Shown here in pieces: positions 55,737-64,000 of a stretch of DNA of 64,000 bases. The stretch's first letter is position 1. Each line of letters begins with the position of its first letter. A program made the translations under genes and the position numbers. The stretch spans positions 32,001-96,000 of the forward strand of contig JBHGAY010000001.1 in assembly GCA_041946735.1 (NCBI GenBank), given 5' to 3'. The stretch comes from Candidatus Eiseniibacteriota bacterium. GTDB taxonomy: Bacteria; Eisenbacteria; RBG-16-71-46; CAIMUX01; VGJL01. The notes below the pieces were generated by a model. The model was not told the DNA's origin and did no database searches. It was given only the letters and a program-made list of their open reading frames with translations.

Positions 55737-56599
55737 GTGCGCGCGAGCCGCCCCGGCCGGCTGTCGGCGAAGTGCCGCAGGATGCGCGCGACGGTGGCGC
55801 GCATCTCGGGGCGCGGCACGATGCGGTCGACCATCCCGTGGTCGAGAAGGAACTCGGCGCGCTGGAATCCCTTCGGCAGCTCCTGCTTGATCGTCTGCTC
55901 GATGACGCGCGGGCCGGCGAAGCCGATCAGCGCGTTGGGCTCGGCGAGGATGATGTCCCCGACAGCCGCGAAGCTCGCGGTCACTCCTCCGGTCGTCGGA
56001 TCGAGGATGATCGAGAGATAGAAGATCCCCTTCTCGGCGAGCCGCGCGAGCTGCACCTGGATCTTGGCGAGCTGCATGAGCGAGAGGACCCCTTCCTGCA
56101 TGCGCGCGCCTCCGGAGGCGGAGACGAGAACCAGCGGGATCTCCTCCTGCATCGCGATGTCGCAGAGGCGGGCGATCCTCTCCCCGACGGCGGAGCCCAT
56201 GCTGCCGCCGAGGAAGTGGAAGTCCATGGCCCCGAGAGCGAGAGGGAGCCCCTCGATCCGCGCGCGCCCCGTCACGACCGCCTCGCCGTGCTTGTGCTTC
56301 GCCCGCGCCTCGCGGATGCGATCCGGGTACGGCTTGGAGTCCTGGAATCCCAGCGGATCGACCGAGACGACGTCGTCGAAGAGAACCTCGAAGCTCCCCG
56401 GATCGGTCAGGATCGCGATGTAGTCGTCGGCGCTGATCCGGAAGTGATGGCGGCAGAGGATACAGGTCCAGAAGTTGCGCTCGACCTCCTTGCGGTAGAG
56501 GATCTCGCCGCAGCCGCCGCACTTTACCCAGATCCCATCGGGGATCTCCCTCTTCTCCTGCGTCTTCGGTCCTTCGCGCCGATTCGTCAGCCAGCTCAC
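55733..56599 (-). CDS. accD: Acetyl-CoA carboxylase carboxyltransferase beta subunit
   Basis: WVKC..C...C..C zinc finger, DPLGF.D, GGSMGSAVGE, SGGARMQEG, PTTGGVTASFA, GFAGPRVIEQT. Confidence 0.96.
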   Translation of the reverse strand: MSWLTNRREGPKTQEKREIPDGIWVKCGGCGEILYRKEVERNFWTCILCRHHFRISADDYIAILTDPGSFEVLFDDVVSVDPLGFQDSKPYPDRIREARAKHKHGEAVVTGRARIEGLPLALGAMDFHFLGGSMGSAVGERIARLCDIAMQEEIPLVLVSASGGARMQEGVLSLMQLAKIQVQLARLAEKGIFYLSIILDPTTGGVTASFAAVGDIILAEPNALIGFAGPRVIEQTIKQELPKGFQRAEFLLDHGMVDRIVPRPEMRATVARILRHFADSRPGRLART

Positions 56600-57105
56600 T
56601 CGCTCGTCCCCTTCCACCGCAGGGAGCGGACCATCACGATCGCATCCTCCCGCGGACGGCTGTAATAGTTCTTTCGCACCCCGCCCGGAACGAAACCGTT
56701 GCGCTCGTAGAGCTGGATCGCCCCCTGGTTGGACGCGCGCACCTCGAGCACCAGGATCGCGCTGCCCCGCAGATACGTCTCATGGAAGAGGCGATCGAGC
56801 ATCCTCTGCGCGTAGCCGCGCCGCCGGCCCCAGGGCGCGACGGCGATGTTCGCGAGATGCGCCTCGTCCTCGACGAACCAGGCGATCATGTACCCGGCGA
56901 GCTTCTCGTCGAGCCGCAGCACCGAGCACCAGCTTACCGGCGCGGCGGACAGCTCCGCCTGGAAGCTCCCGAGCGACCACGGGTCGCGGAAACAAACCTT
57001 CTCGAGAGCGGCGACCTCCTCGAGATCCCCGGCCTCCATCGGCCGGAAGACCGGCTCGGCTCCGGGCTCAGCCCGATCTTCCCGATCTTCCCGGTCTTCT
57101 TGCAT
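56596..57105 (-). CDS. rimI: Ribosomal protein S18 alanine N-acetyltransferase
   Basis: F.DPWS, EAHLANIAV...RRRGYA, LEVRASN..AI.LY...GF...G.RKNYY..PREDAIVM. Confidence 0.92.
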   Translation of the reverse strand: MQEDREDREDRAEPGAEPVFRPMEAGDLEEVAALEKVCFRDPWSLGSFQAELSAAPVSWCSVLRLDEKLAGYMIAWFVEDEAHLANIAVAPWGRRRGYAQRMLDRLFHETYLRGSAILVLEVRASNQGAIQLYERNGFVPGGVRKNYYSRPREDAIVMVRSLRWKGTSE

Positions 57106-57814
57106 CTGCGTCCCGCAGGTAGAGAGGGTTTCGCCCCTCCAGTTCGGTCTTCGTCCAACGCGGCCGTGCGGGATCGAGAGCGAGACGGGCCACGTGGGCG
57201 GCCCGCGGCGGCTCCGTCCCGCCGAGACGCGCGCGATCACCGAACGAGCGTTGGATCGAGTCCGCGAGGGAATCTAGCGCATCCCCCACGAAAAGCAAAC
57301 GCTCCCCCGTCCCGCCGCCTGCCGCGCGGCCCGCGCACGCGTCGAGGAACTCCTGGTCGGGGCGGGAGACGGGCTCGATCTCCGCGTGGAAGCGATCGTC
57401 CATCGTCCAGCGATAGAGCGCTCCGTAGACCTGGCCGCGCCGATGCCCGCTCACGACCACGAGCGGTCCGGGCCAGAGCCGCCAGGGGAACGCGATCGTC
57501 TCGAGCGTCGGTACCGGGACGGCCGGGATTTCGCGGGCGGCGGCGAGCGCAAGGGCCGCCGCCATCCCGACCCGGAGTCCCGTGAAGGAGCCGGGCCCCT
57601 CCGAGAAGGCGACGAACGCGACTCTCTCGATGCCGAGGGAGAGTTCGTCGAGCAGCCGCCGCGCGTCTTCGAGGAGCCTCTCGGTGCGCGCGCGGCGCGC
57701 GTCGACCTCCACTTCGCCGAGCAGATCGGTCCCCGCCGCAACCGCGGCTCCGGCGAGCCGGCCGGAGGTCTCGAGCGCCAGCACGATCGGCGCAAGGCGC
57801 GCCCCCGTGCTCAC
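57068..57814 (-). CDS. tsaB: t6A biosynthesis protein TsaB
   Basis: LALETS, GPGSFTGLRVG, VPTLE, RRGQVY, PLYLR; located between tsaE and rimI. Confidence 0.92.
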   Translation of the reverse strand: MSTGARLAPIVLALETSGRLAGAAVAAGTDLLGEVEVDARRARTERLLEDARRLLDELSLGIERVAFVAFSEGPGSFTGLRVGMAAALALAAAREIPAVPVPTLETIAFPWRLWPGPLVVVSGHRRGQVYGALYRWTMDDRFHAEIEPVSRPDQEFLDACAGRAAGGGTGERLLFVGDALDSLADSIQRSFGDRARLGGTEPPRAAHVARLALDPARPRWTKTELEGRNPLYLRDADARRPGRSGRSG

Positions 57815-58275
57815 GGGAGCCTCCAGAAGCCGATCGATCCGTTCGGCAGGCGCATCGACACGACGACCCGGCGCCTCGATTCCCCGCGCGGCTCGAGCGT
57901 GACCCAGACCGCCTCCTCGGGAAGCAGCTCCGGGTGGCGGTCCGCCCACTCCACCATCGAGATCCCCTCGGTGTCCATCGCCTCCTCCCACTCCCCTGCC
58001 GTCCCCGCGTCGAGCGCGTCGAGTCGGTAGAGGTCGAAGTGTCGCAACGGCACCGGACCGCGGTAGAGATGCAGGAGCGCGAAGGTCGGGCTGCGAACGC
58101 GACCCGCGTAGCCGGCGCCGCGCGCAATCCCCTGGGCGAGTCGCGTCTTCCCCGCTCCGAGAGGACCGACCAGGCCGACGACGGCGCGCGAGCGCAGCGC
58201 CGCGCCCAGGCGCTCACCGAAGCGGACGGTCTCGGTCTCGGAGTCGGTCACGACCTCGACGACGAGCGATCTCAT
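57811..58275 (-). CDS. tsaE: t6A biosynthesis ATPase TsaE
   Basis: GPLGAGKT, VRSPTF, HFDLYRL, VEWA. Confidence 0.93.
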   Translation of the reverse strand: MRSLVVEVVTDSETETVRFGERLGAALRSRAVVGLVGPLGAGKTRLAQGIARGAGYAGRVRSPTFALLHLYRGPVPLRHFDLYRLDALDAGTAGEWEEAMDTEGISMVEWADRHPELLPEEAVWVTLEPRGESRRRVVVSMRLPNGSIGFWRLP

Positions 58276-59837
58276 CCGGACCGGGGGAGCAGGGTCGCGA
58301 TCGGCAGGACCATCTCCTCGAGCGAGATCCCGCCGTGCTGGAAGCTGCCCCGGAAGTGCTTCTCGTACTGATGGAAGTTCGTCGGATAGACGAAGTAGTA
58401 GTTCTCCCGGGCGAGGATGTAGTTCTTCGTGAGGGTGTCCATCGGGAGCTGGTATTCCTGAGGCTTCTTCACGTGCAGCGCTTCGCGCTCGTCGCAGACG
58501 AGGTTGTCGCCGAACTTGTAGCGCACATTCGTCGACGTCTCGCGATTGCCGTAGACGAGCGAGGACTTCTTGCACTGCACGGAGCCGTGGTCGGTCGTGA
58601 GCACGACGACCACGTCCTGCCGGGCGTACATCTTCAGCGTCTCGAACAGGGTCGAATGCGTGAACCAGGAGATCAGCAGCGACCGGAGCGCCTGCTCGTG
58701 CGGCGCCAGCTCGAGCAGCAGGTCGCTCTCCGAGCGGCCGTGCGAGAGCAGGTCGAGGAAGTTGATCACGATCGTGACGAGATCGGCCGTCATCTGCGAC
58801 GTGACCTTCTTCTTCAGCTCGGCCGCCTCGTCGGCCGTGTACACCTTCAGATAGCGCACGCGATCGAGCTTCATCCCCTCGCGATCGAGCAGTCCGCGCA
58901 GCAGCGCCTTCTCGAACCGGTTCTTCCCCGACTCGCTTCCCACGTTCTCGAGCCACCACTCCGGATGCTGGCGCGCGATCTCGAGGGGATAGAGCCCCGA
59001 GAAGATCGCGTTGCGGCTGTATGGGGTCGCCGTCGGTAGAATCGAGTAGTACAGGTCGCGCTTCATGTGGAAGTAGGGAGCGAGCAGCGGCTCGAGCGCG
59101 AGCCACTGATCGAGCCGCATGCAGTCGATCACGACGAAGACGACGCGCTTGCCCTGGCGGAGATGCGGCAGCACGAACCGCGGCACGACGTCGACCGACA
59201 GCGGCGGCCTCTTCCCCCGCTGCGCGTGGATCCACTCCACGTAGTTCGCCTCGATCGCCCGGCCGAACTCGCGGTTGATCTGCGCCATCTGATCCTGGTG
59301 GGACTGGTAGAGCCCCTCGTCGGACTCCGAGAGGTCGAGGTCGAGGTTGGAGAGCCGCAGCGCCAGATCGAGCCAGTCGTCGGGCGAGAGGCGTCCCTGG
59401 CGCAGATCGCGGATCCGGTGGAACTCCTCGACGTAGTCGCGGGTCTTCCTGTCCCGGACGAGCCGCTCCGACTCGAACACCTTCTTGCAGGCGAGCCAGA
59501 TCTGGCTCGGGTTGACAGGTTTCGTCAGGTAGTCGGCGATCTGGCGGCCGAGCGCCTCGTTCATGAGGTGCTCTTCTTCGCTCTTGGTGATCATGATCAC
59601 CGGCACCTGCGGATCGGTGTCGCGGAGCGCCTCGAGCGTCTTCAGCCCCCCCATCCCCGGCATCTGCTCGTCCAAGAGGATGACGTCGAACTCCTGCTCG
59701 CCGGCGAGCGCGATCGCATCCTCGCCGTTCGAGACCGGGGTCACGGAGTACCCCTTCCCCTCGAGGTAGAGGATGTGGGGCCGCAAGAGGTCGATCTCGT
59801 CGTCGGCCCAGAGGATTTTTCGGGTCGCGATGCTCAT
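58272..59837 (-). CDS. porX: PorX-like response regulator (REC + PglZ/alkaline-phosphatase-superfamily domain)
   Basis: KILWADDEIDLLRPHILYLE, LDEQMPG, ITKSEEE, DYLTKPVNPSQI, IDCMRLDQW, LPTATPYSRNAIFSG, TTDHG, FQHGGISLEEM; adjacent to tsaE. Confidence 0.88.
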   Translation of the reverse strand: MSIATRKILWADDEIDLLRPHILYLEGKGYSVTPVSNGEDAIALAGEQEFDVILLDEQMPGMGGLKTLEALRDTDPQVPVIMITKSEEEHLMNEALGRQIADYLTKPVNPSQIWLACKKVFESERLVRDRKTRDYVEEFHRIRDLRQGRLSPDDWLDLALRLSNLDLDLSESDEGLYQSHQDQMAQINREFGRAIEANYVEWIHAQRGKRPPLSVDVVPRFVLPHLRQGKRVVFVVIDCMRLDQWLALEPLLAPYFHMKRDLYYSILPTATPYSRNAIFSGLYPLEIARQHPEWWLENVGSESGKNRFEKALLRGLLDREGMKLDRVRYLKVYTADEAAELKKKVTSQMTADLVTIVINFLDLLSHGRSESDLLLELAPHEQALRSLLISWFTHSTLFETLKMYARQDVVVVLTTDHGSVQCKKSSLVYGNRETSTNVRYKFGDNLVCDEREALHVKKPQEYQLPMDTLTKNYILARENYYFVYPTNFHQYEKHFRGSFQHGGISLEEMVLPIATLLPRSG

Positions 59838-59856
59838 GGGTTGGAGGGGTGGAGGA

Positions 59857-61128
59857 TCAAACCGGGAAGGCGATGATGAAGGTGGTGCCCTTCCCGGGCT
59901 GGCTTCGGTCCACCCAGATCCTGCCGCCATGATAGTCCTCGACGATCCGCTTCGCCAAGGTGAGGCCGAGCCCCCACCCCCGCTGCTTCGTCGTGAACCC
60001 GGGAGAGAAGACATGACGCATCTCCCGCGGCGTCATCCCCTTGCCCTGGTCGGTGATCCGGACCTCGACGCACTCGGTCTCGTGCCGGCGCGCCAGCTCC
60101 ACGTCGATGACGCCGTGCTTCGTGTCGGTGGCGTCGATCGCGTTCTTCAGGACGTTCTCGACGACCCACTCGATCAGCTCCTTGTTGACGTTCACCGGAG
60201 GAACGAGGTCGTAGCGCTCCCGGATCTCCACGTCCTTGCGGAGATTCGGAAGTCGCCGGCGGAAGTAGCGAATGGCCTCGCTGACGATCGGGGCGAGGTC
60301 CTGCGGTTCCAGGCGCGGCAGGCTGCCGACGTGGCCAAAGCGGGTCGCGACCTTCTGCAGCCGCTCCGCGTCGTTCTCCATCTCCTCGACCACCTCGCGG
60401 AAGAACGGCTCCGGAATCGCAATCTTCCCCTGCACGCTCCCGCCGTCCTCTCCACGCTCCTTCAGAAGCTCGACCCATCCCAGGAGCGAGGAGATCGGGG
60501 TGCCGAGCTGGTGCGCCGTCTCCTTCGCCAGGCCGATCCAGATCGCCCGCTGCTCGCTCGTCTTGATCGAGCGGTAGCCGACATAGCCGAGGCCGATGAA
60601 GCCGATCAGCGCGAAGAGCTGGATGATCGGGATCCAGCGGAGCTGGTGCACGATCGGCGGCTCCCCGTAATGGACGTAGCCGAACACCGTCGCTTCCCCG
60701 GGTCGGCGAATCGGCACCGGAACGTGACGGCTGTCGAACTCCTGCACCTTCGCGATGAGACGGGAAATCGCTCCGGGGGGCGGGTTCTTCACGTCGACGT
60801 CCGCGATCGCCGCGATGCCGAGCGTGTCGGGACCGACGTCGATCCCTCGCCACACGAACGGCCTTCCCTCCCGGTCGGTCAGGATCATCGGGAAATTCGC
60901 CGGCTTGATCACGCGGTTGAACACGTCCCGCAGCTCGGGGCTCTGCATCGCCGGGAATGTCGTCACGGCGCAGAACTCCGCGAACAGCTCCGAGAGCGCC
61001 TTCGACTGCTCGTTCAGGCGATGGATCAGGTTGTAGGTGTAGACCGAGGCGGCGGCGACGAGGATCAGCCCGCCCAGGAAGAGATAGGCCCGCAGCAACG
61101 CGGGTAGGTTCGTCCGGGAAAGAGCCAT
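59857..61128 (-). CDS. Sensor histidine kinase
   Basis: Two TM helices; WIGLAKETAHQLGTPISSL H-box; WVVENVLKNAIDA, DQGKG, FSPGFTTK.RGWGLGL. Confidence 0.92.
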   Translation of the reverse strand: MALSRTNLPALLRAYLFLGGLILVAAASVYTYNLIHRLNEQSKALSELFAEFCAVTTFPAMQSPELRDVFNRVIKPANFPMILTDREGRPFVWRGIDVGPDTLGIAAIADVDVKNPPPGAISRLIAKVQEFDSRHVPVPIRRPGEATVFGYVHYGEPPIVHQLRWIPIIQLFALIGFIGLGYVGYRSIKTSEQRAIWIGLAKETAHQLGTPISSLLGWVELLKERGEDGGSVQGKIAIPEPFFREVVEEMENDAERLQKVATRFGHVGSLPRLEPQDLAPIVSEAIRYFRRRLPNLRKDVEIRERYDLVPPVNVNKELIEWVVENVLKNAIDATDTKHGVIDVELARRHETECVEVRITDQGKGMTPREMRHVFSPGFTTKQRGWGLGLTLAKRIVEDYHGGRIWVDRSQPGKGTTFIIAFPV

Positions 61129-61168
61129 GCCCCTTTAGGATCCCTCCCGTGGAGCGCGGCGGGCCCGC

Positions 61169-62455
61169 TCAGGCGCCCGGCCGGCCGATCTCCGAAAGCC
61201 CTCGCATGTAGGGCCGGAGCGCCTCGGGAATCCGGATCGTCCCCCGGGGCGTCTGGTACAGCTCGAGGATCGCCGCCACGACGCGCGGCAGCGCCGTCCC
61301 GGAGCCGTTCAATGTATGGACGTGCTCGACCTTCCCCTGGTCGTTGCGGTAGCGCGTTCCGAGCCTCCTTGCCTGGAACGCTTCGAAGTTGCTGCACGAG
61401 GAGACCTCCAGCCATCGATCCTCCGCCGGCGCCCACGCTTCGAGGTCGTAGCAGCGGGCCGCGGCGAAGGAGAGATCCCCCGTGCACAGCTCCATCACCC
61501 GGTAGGGGATTCCCAGCGCTTGGAGCACGTCTTCGGCGTCGCGAACGAGCGACTCAAGCTCGTCATAGGAGGTCTCGGGCCGGACGATCTTGACCATCTC
61601 GACCTTGTCGAACTGATGCACCCGGATGATGCCGCGCGTGTCGCGTCCGGCCGCGCCCGCCTCCTTCCGGAAGCAGGCGGAGTAGCCGACGAGCCGGATC
61701 GGCAGGCGGGTCGCGTCGAGGATCTCCTCGCGGTAGAGGTTCGTGATCGGGACTTCGGCCGTCGGGATCAGGTAGAGGTCCTCATCGGCGAGCCGGTACA
61801 TGTCCGCTTCGAGCTTCGGCAGCTGGCCGGTCGCCTGCAGCGACGGGGTGCGGACGAGAAACGGCGGCCAGACCTCCGTGTAGCCGTGGCGGACTACGTG
61901 CATGTCGAGCATGAACTGGATCAGGGCCCGCTCGAGCAGCGCCCCGAGGCCGGTCAGCAGGATGAAGCCGGAGCCGGAGACCTTCGAGGCTCGCTCGAGA
62001 TCGAGAAGGCCGAGATCGGCGCCGATCTGCCAATGCGGGAGAGGACGGAAGTCCCCCTCCCAAGCGGGAAGGTCACCCCAGCGGCGCACCTCGCGGTTGT
62101 CGCTCGAGTCCTTGCCGCGGGGCGCCGCCGGATGGGGAATGTTTGGGAGCCAGAGGAGCGCGTCGTTCCATTGCTGTTCGAGCGCACGAAGCGCGTCGTC
62201 GCGCTCGGCGATCTCCTTCGCCAACGTCTTCATCGCCGCGAGGATCTCGTCAGCCGGCTCCCCGGCCTTCTTGCGGCGGGCGATCTCCTCGCTCGCGCGG
62301 TTGCGCTCCGCCTTCTTCTGCTCGACCTCCACCAGAATCTTCCGGCGCTCCTCGTCGAGCGCCAGGATCCGGTCGAGGTCCGCGGACTCCCCCTTGTCGA
62401 GGATCGCCTGGCGCACACGGTCCGGCTCCGCGCGCACCAGCTTCGGATCGAGCAT
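61169..62455 (-). CDS. serS: Serine--tRNA ligase
   Basis: MLDPKLVR, LPNIPH, LIPTAEVP, CFRKEAG..GRDTRGIIRVHQFDKVE, EVSSCSN, HTLNGSG. Confidence 0.97.
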   Translation of the reverse strand: MLDPKLVRAEPDRVRQAILDKGESADLDRILALDEERRKILVEVEQKKAERNRASEEIARRKKAGEPADEILAAMKTLAKEIAERDDALRALEQQWNDALLWLPNIPHPAAPRGKDSSDNREVRRWGDLPAWEGDFRPLPHWQIGADLGLLDLERASKVSGSGFILLTGLGALLERALIQFMLDMHVVRHGYTEVWPPFLVRTPSLQATGQLPKLEADMYRLADEDLYLIPTAEVPITNLYREEILDATRLPIRLVGYSACFRKEAGAAGRDTRGIIRVHQFDKVEMVKIVRPETSYDELESLVRDAEDVLQALGIPYRVMELCTGDLSFAAARCYDLEAWAPAEDRWLEVSSCSNFEAFQARRLGTRYRNDQGKVEHVHTLNGSGTALPRVVAAILELYQTPRGTIRIPEALRPYMRGLSEIGRPGA

Positions 62456-62524
62456 GCTCCCCCCACCGCGATTGCCAAAATGCCACAGCAAGCGGCGCCA
62501 ATCTATCACGCGCTCCGGCCGCGG

Positions 62525-63643
62525 TCAAACCGATCCCGACATTCGTCGCCTGTCGGGGCCGCCTCGCGCGCGACCGCCGCGCGCTTGCCCCGGCGCCGGG
62601 ATGGTGGCAAGGGCGGCGGCGAGCGCGCCGGCCGCAGCGGCGTGCACCGCCAGCGCAAGCGGGATGCCGAGGCCGAGGCGCCCGGCCAACCAGGCGATCC
62701 CGCCCAGCGCCGCGGAGGCGAGTAGCGGCGGAAGCGGCGCAACGGCCGCGCCCCATCGCGCCGCGATCCGGTGCCCGGAGTGCTCGCAGCCGCCAAGGAA
62801 GGGGTTGCGCCCCTCGCGAAGGCGGACGGCGGAAACGAGAAGCATCTCCGCGAGCGGCACCGCCTGCGCGGCGATCGAGAAGCCGGCGCGCCCCTCCGGC
62901 AAGCGATCGAACGCGAGCAACGACGCGCTCACGAGCAGGCAGCCGAGCGAGAGGCTTCCCGCGTCCCCTAGAAAGATCCTCGCGGGGGGACGATTCCACG
63001 CGAGGAAGCCGGCCGCGGCTCCGAGCGCGGCGAGCGGCAGCGGCAAGAGATCCGGCGCCGCTCCCGCGGCCCCGGCCACGAGCAGGGCGGCCGATCCGAT
63101 CGACGCCGATGCGAAGACGCCGTCGGCATGATCGAGATAGTTCCACGCGTTGACCAGGACGATCGCGGCGGCGAGCGCGGCGCCGCGCGCGGGCAACCCC
63201 GCCAATCGTCCCTCGAACGGCAGCAGGACGATCCACGCCGCGAGGATCGCCGCCTCCGCCGCCGCCTTGGGCAGCGCGCGCAGCGCCGCGCGGTCGTCGC
63301 GCAGGCCGAGCGCGAAGAGGCCGAGGACACCGGCCGCCAGCGCCGCGGCGAGACGGCGATCGCCCGCGATGCCGCCCGGCCCGGCCAGAAGCAGCCCGCA
63401 GGCCGCCGCGGCGAGGCACGCGGCGCCTCCCAGGAGCGGGACGGCCCGGCGATGATGGCGATCGTCACGCGGGAGGTCGAGGAAGCCGATCGCCCCCGCG
63501 AGGCGAGCGGCGAGCGGGGTGAGGAGCAGGGCCGCCGCGAGCGAGACGATCGCCGGGCGCGCGGCGGCGAGCGGGCCGGTCAAGCTCCCGGCAGGCCGAA
63601 GGCGGGCAGAGGCGCGCCCGGCGTCTCGCGCAGCCAGCGCCAT
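62525..63643 (-). CDS. MraY/WecA-family (glycosyltransferase 4) polyprenyl-phosphate HexNAc-1-P transferase
   Basis: D.P..RHH..AVPLLGG, GLRDD, NAWNYLDHADG, WNRPPARIFLGDAGS, EHSGHR. Confidence 0.85.
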   Translation of the reverse strand: MALAARDAGRASARLRPAGSLTGPLAAARPAIVSLAAALLLTPLAARLAGAIGFLDLPRDDRHHRRAVPLLGGAACLAAAACGLLLAGPGGIAGDRRLAAALAAGVLGLFALGLRDDRAALRALPKAAAEAAILAAWIVLLPFEGRLAGLPARGAALAAAIVLVNAWNYLDHADGVFASASIGSAALLVAGAAGAAPDLLPLPLAALGAAAGFLAWNRPPARIFLGDAGSLSLGCLLVSASLLAFDRLPEGRAGFSIAAQAVPLAEMLLVSAVRLREGRNPFLGGCEHSGHRIAARWGAAVAPLPPLLASAALGGIAWLAGRLGLGIPLALAVHAAAAGALAAALATIPAPGQARGGRARGGPDRRRMSGSV

Positions 63644-64000
63644 GTGAGCCGCAGCAGATCCTCCAGCCCGACCCGTGGCGCGTAGCCGATCGTCGACTGG
63701 ATCTTCCCGAGATCCGGGATACGTCGCGGCACTTCCTCGAACCCGGGGCCGTACGCCTCGTCGTACGGGACGAAACGGATCGGCGAGCGGGAGCCGGTGA
63801 TCTCGCGGATCGCTTCGGCGAGCTCGAGGATCGACACCTCGCGATCGTTGCCGATGTTGTACACCTCGCCGCGCGCCGCCGGCGTTCGGGACAGCGTGAG
63901 GACTCCCCGGACGACGTCCCCGACGAAGGAGAAGCAGCGCGACTGCGTCCCGTCGCCGTAGACGGTGATCGGCTCCCCCTTGGCCGCCTGATCGAGGAAG
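63580..64000 (-). CDS. NAD-dependent sugar-nucleotide epimerase/dehydratase (C-terminal part only)
   Basis: GEPITVYGDGTQSRCFSFVGDVV, GEVYNIGN..EVSILELAE, RRIPDL.KI; 5' end beyond the window. Confidence 0.88.
   Translation of the reverse strand, partial: FLDQAAKGEPITVYGDGTQSRCFSFVGDVVRGVLTLSRTPAARGEVYNIGNDREVSILELAEAIREITGSRSPIRFVPYDEAYGPGFEEVPRRIPDLGKIQSTIGYAPRVGLEDLLRLTWRWLRETPGAPLPAFGLPGA

Noticed and set aside
58272..58900. PglZ domain as part of a BREX defence system
   Set aside because: Fused to a receiver domain in PorX architecture among housekeeping genes; no brxC, pglX or brxL.

Overview
High-GC bacterial chromosomal window, densely coding and mostly housekeeping or envelope genes. 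I saw no mobile element, prophage or CRISPR array. FlgD-Ig/T9SS-like C-terminal domains, a PorX-type regulator and an extended LptD suggest a diderm of the FCB superphylum or a relative such as Ca. Eisenbacteria; this placement is inference. Gene order: copB-type P1B ATPase (5' truncated), secreted HAF-repeat protein, DUF72, BT1-family MFS transporter, TMTC-like GT-C/TPR protein, cstA divergent from a histidine kinase + sigma54 activator pair, MerR-TPR + Ku, GT2, a murJ-EEP-PAP2-liaF-lytS-lytTR string, hydrolase-TPR, tadA near tRNA-Arg(ACG)/Ser/Ser, Fpg-like glycosylase, mnmA, TPR, pgi, NYN, lipoprotein, rhomboid, a ~1870-aa four-propeller secreted protein, amrB, PP2C, HEPN, CGL, CBS, lptD-folC-accD-rimI-tsaB-tsaE-porX-HK-serS, WecA-like and an epimerase (partial). 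Two signals are hidden from the ORF track. (1) A predicted selenoprotein at 49079..50476(-): an in-frame TGA in a C-G-U motif of a lipoprotein that fuses a metal-ligand-stripped UshA-like domain to a tetraheme cytochrome c, lying directly upstream of the CBS and CGL transsulfuration genes. (2) A sigma54 promoter just downstream of the sigma54 activator gene, pointing into a ~200-nt five-hairpin non-coding segment (candidate sRNA, cbrAB-crcZ-like layout). Also found: two more sigma54 promoters with IHF/UAS-like elements, LytTR boxes with 21-bp spacing, leaderless-type promoters and many in-frame micro-duplications. All calls are from reading motifs by eye; no database search or folding program was run.
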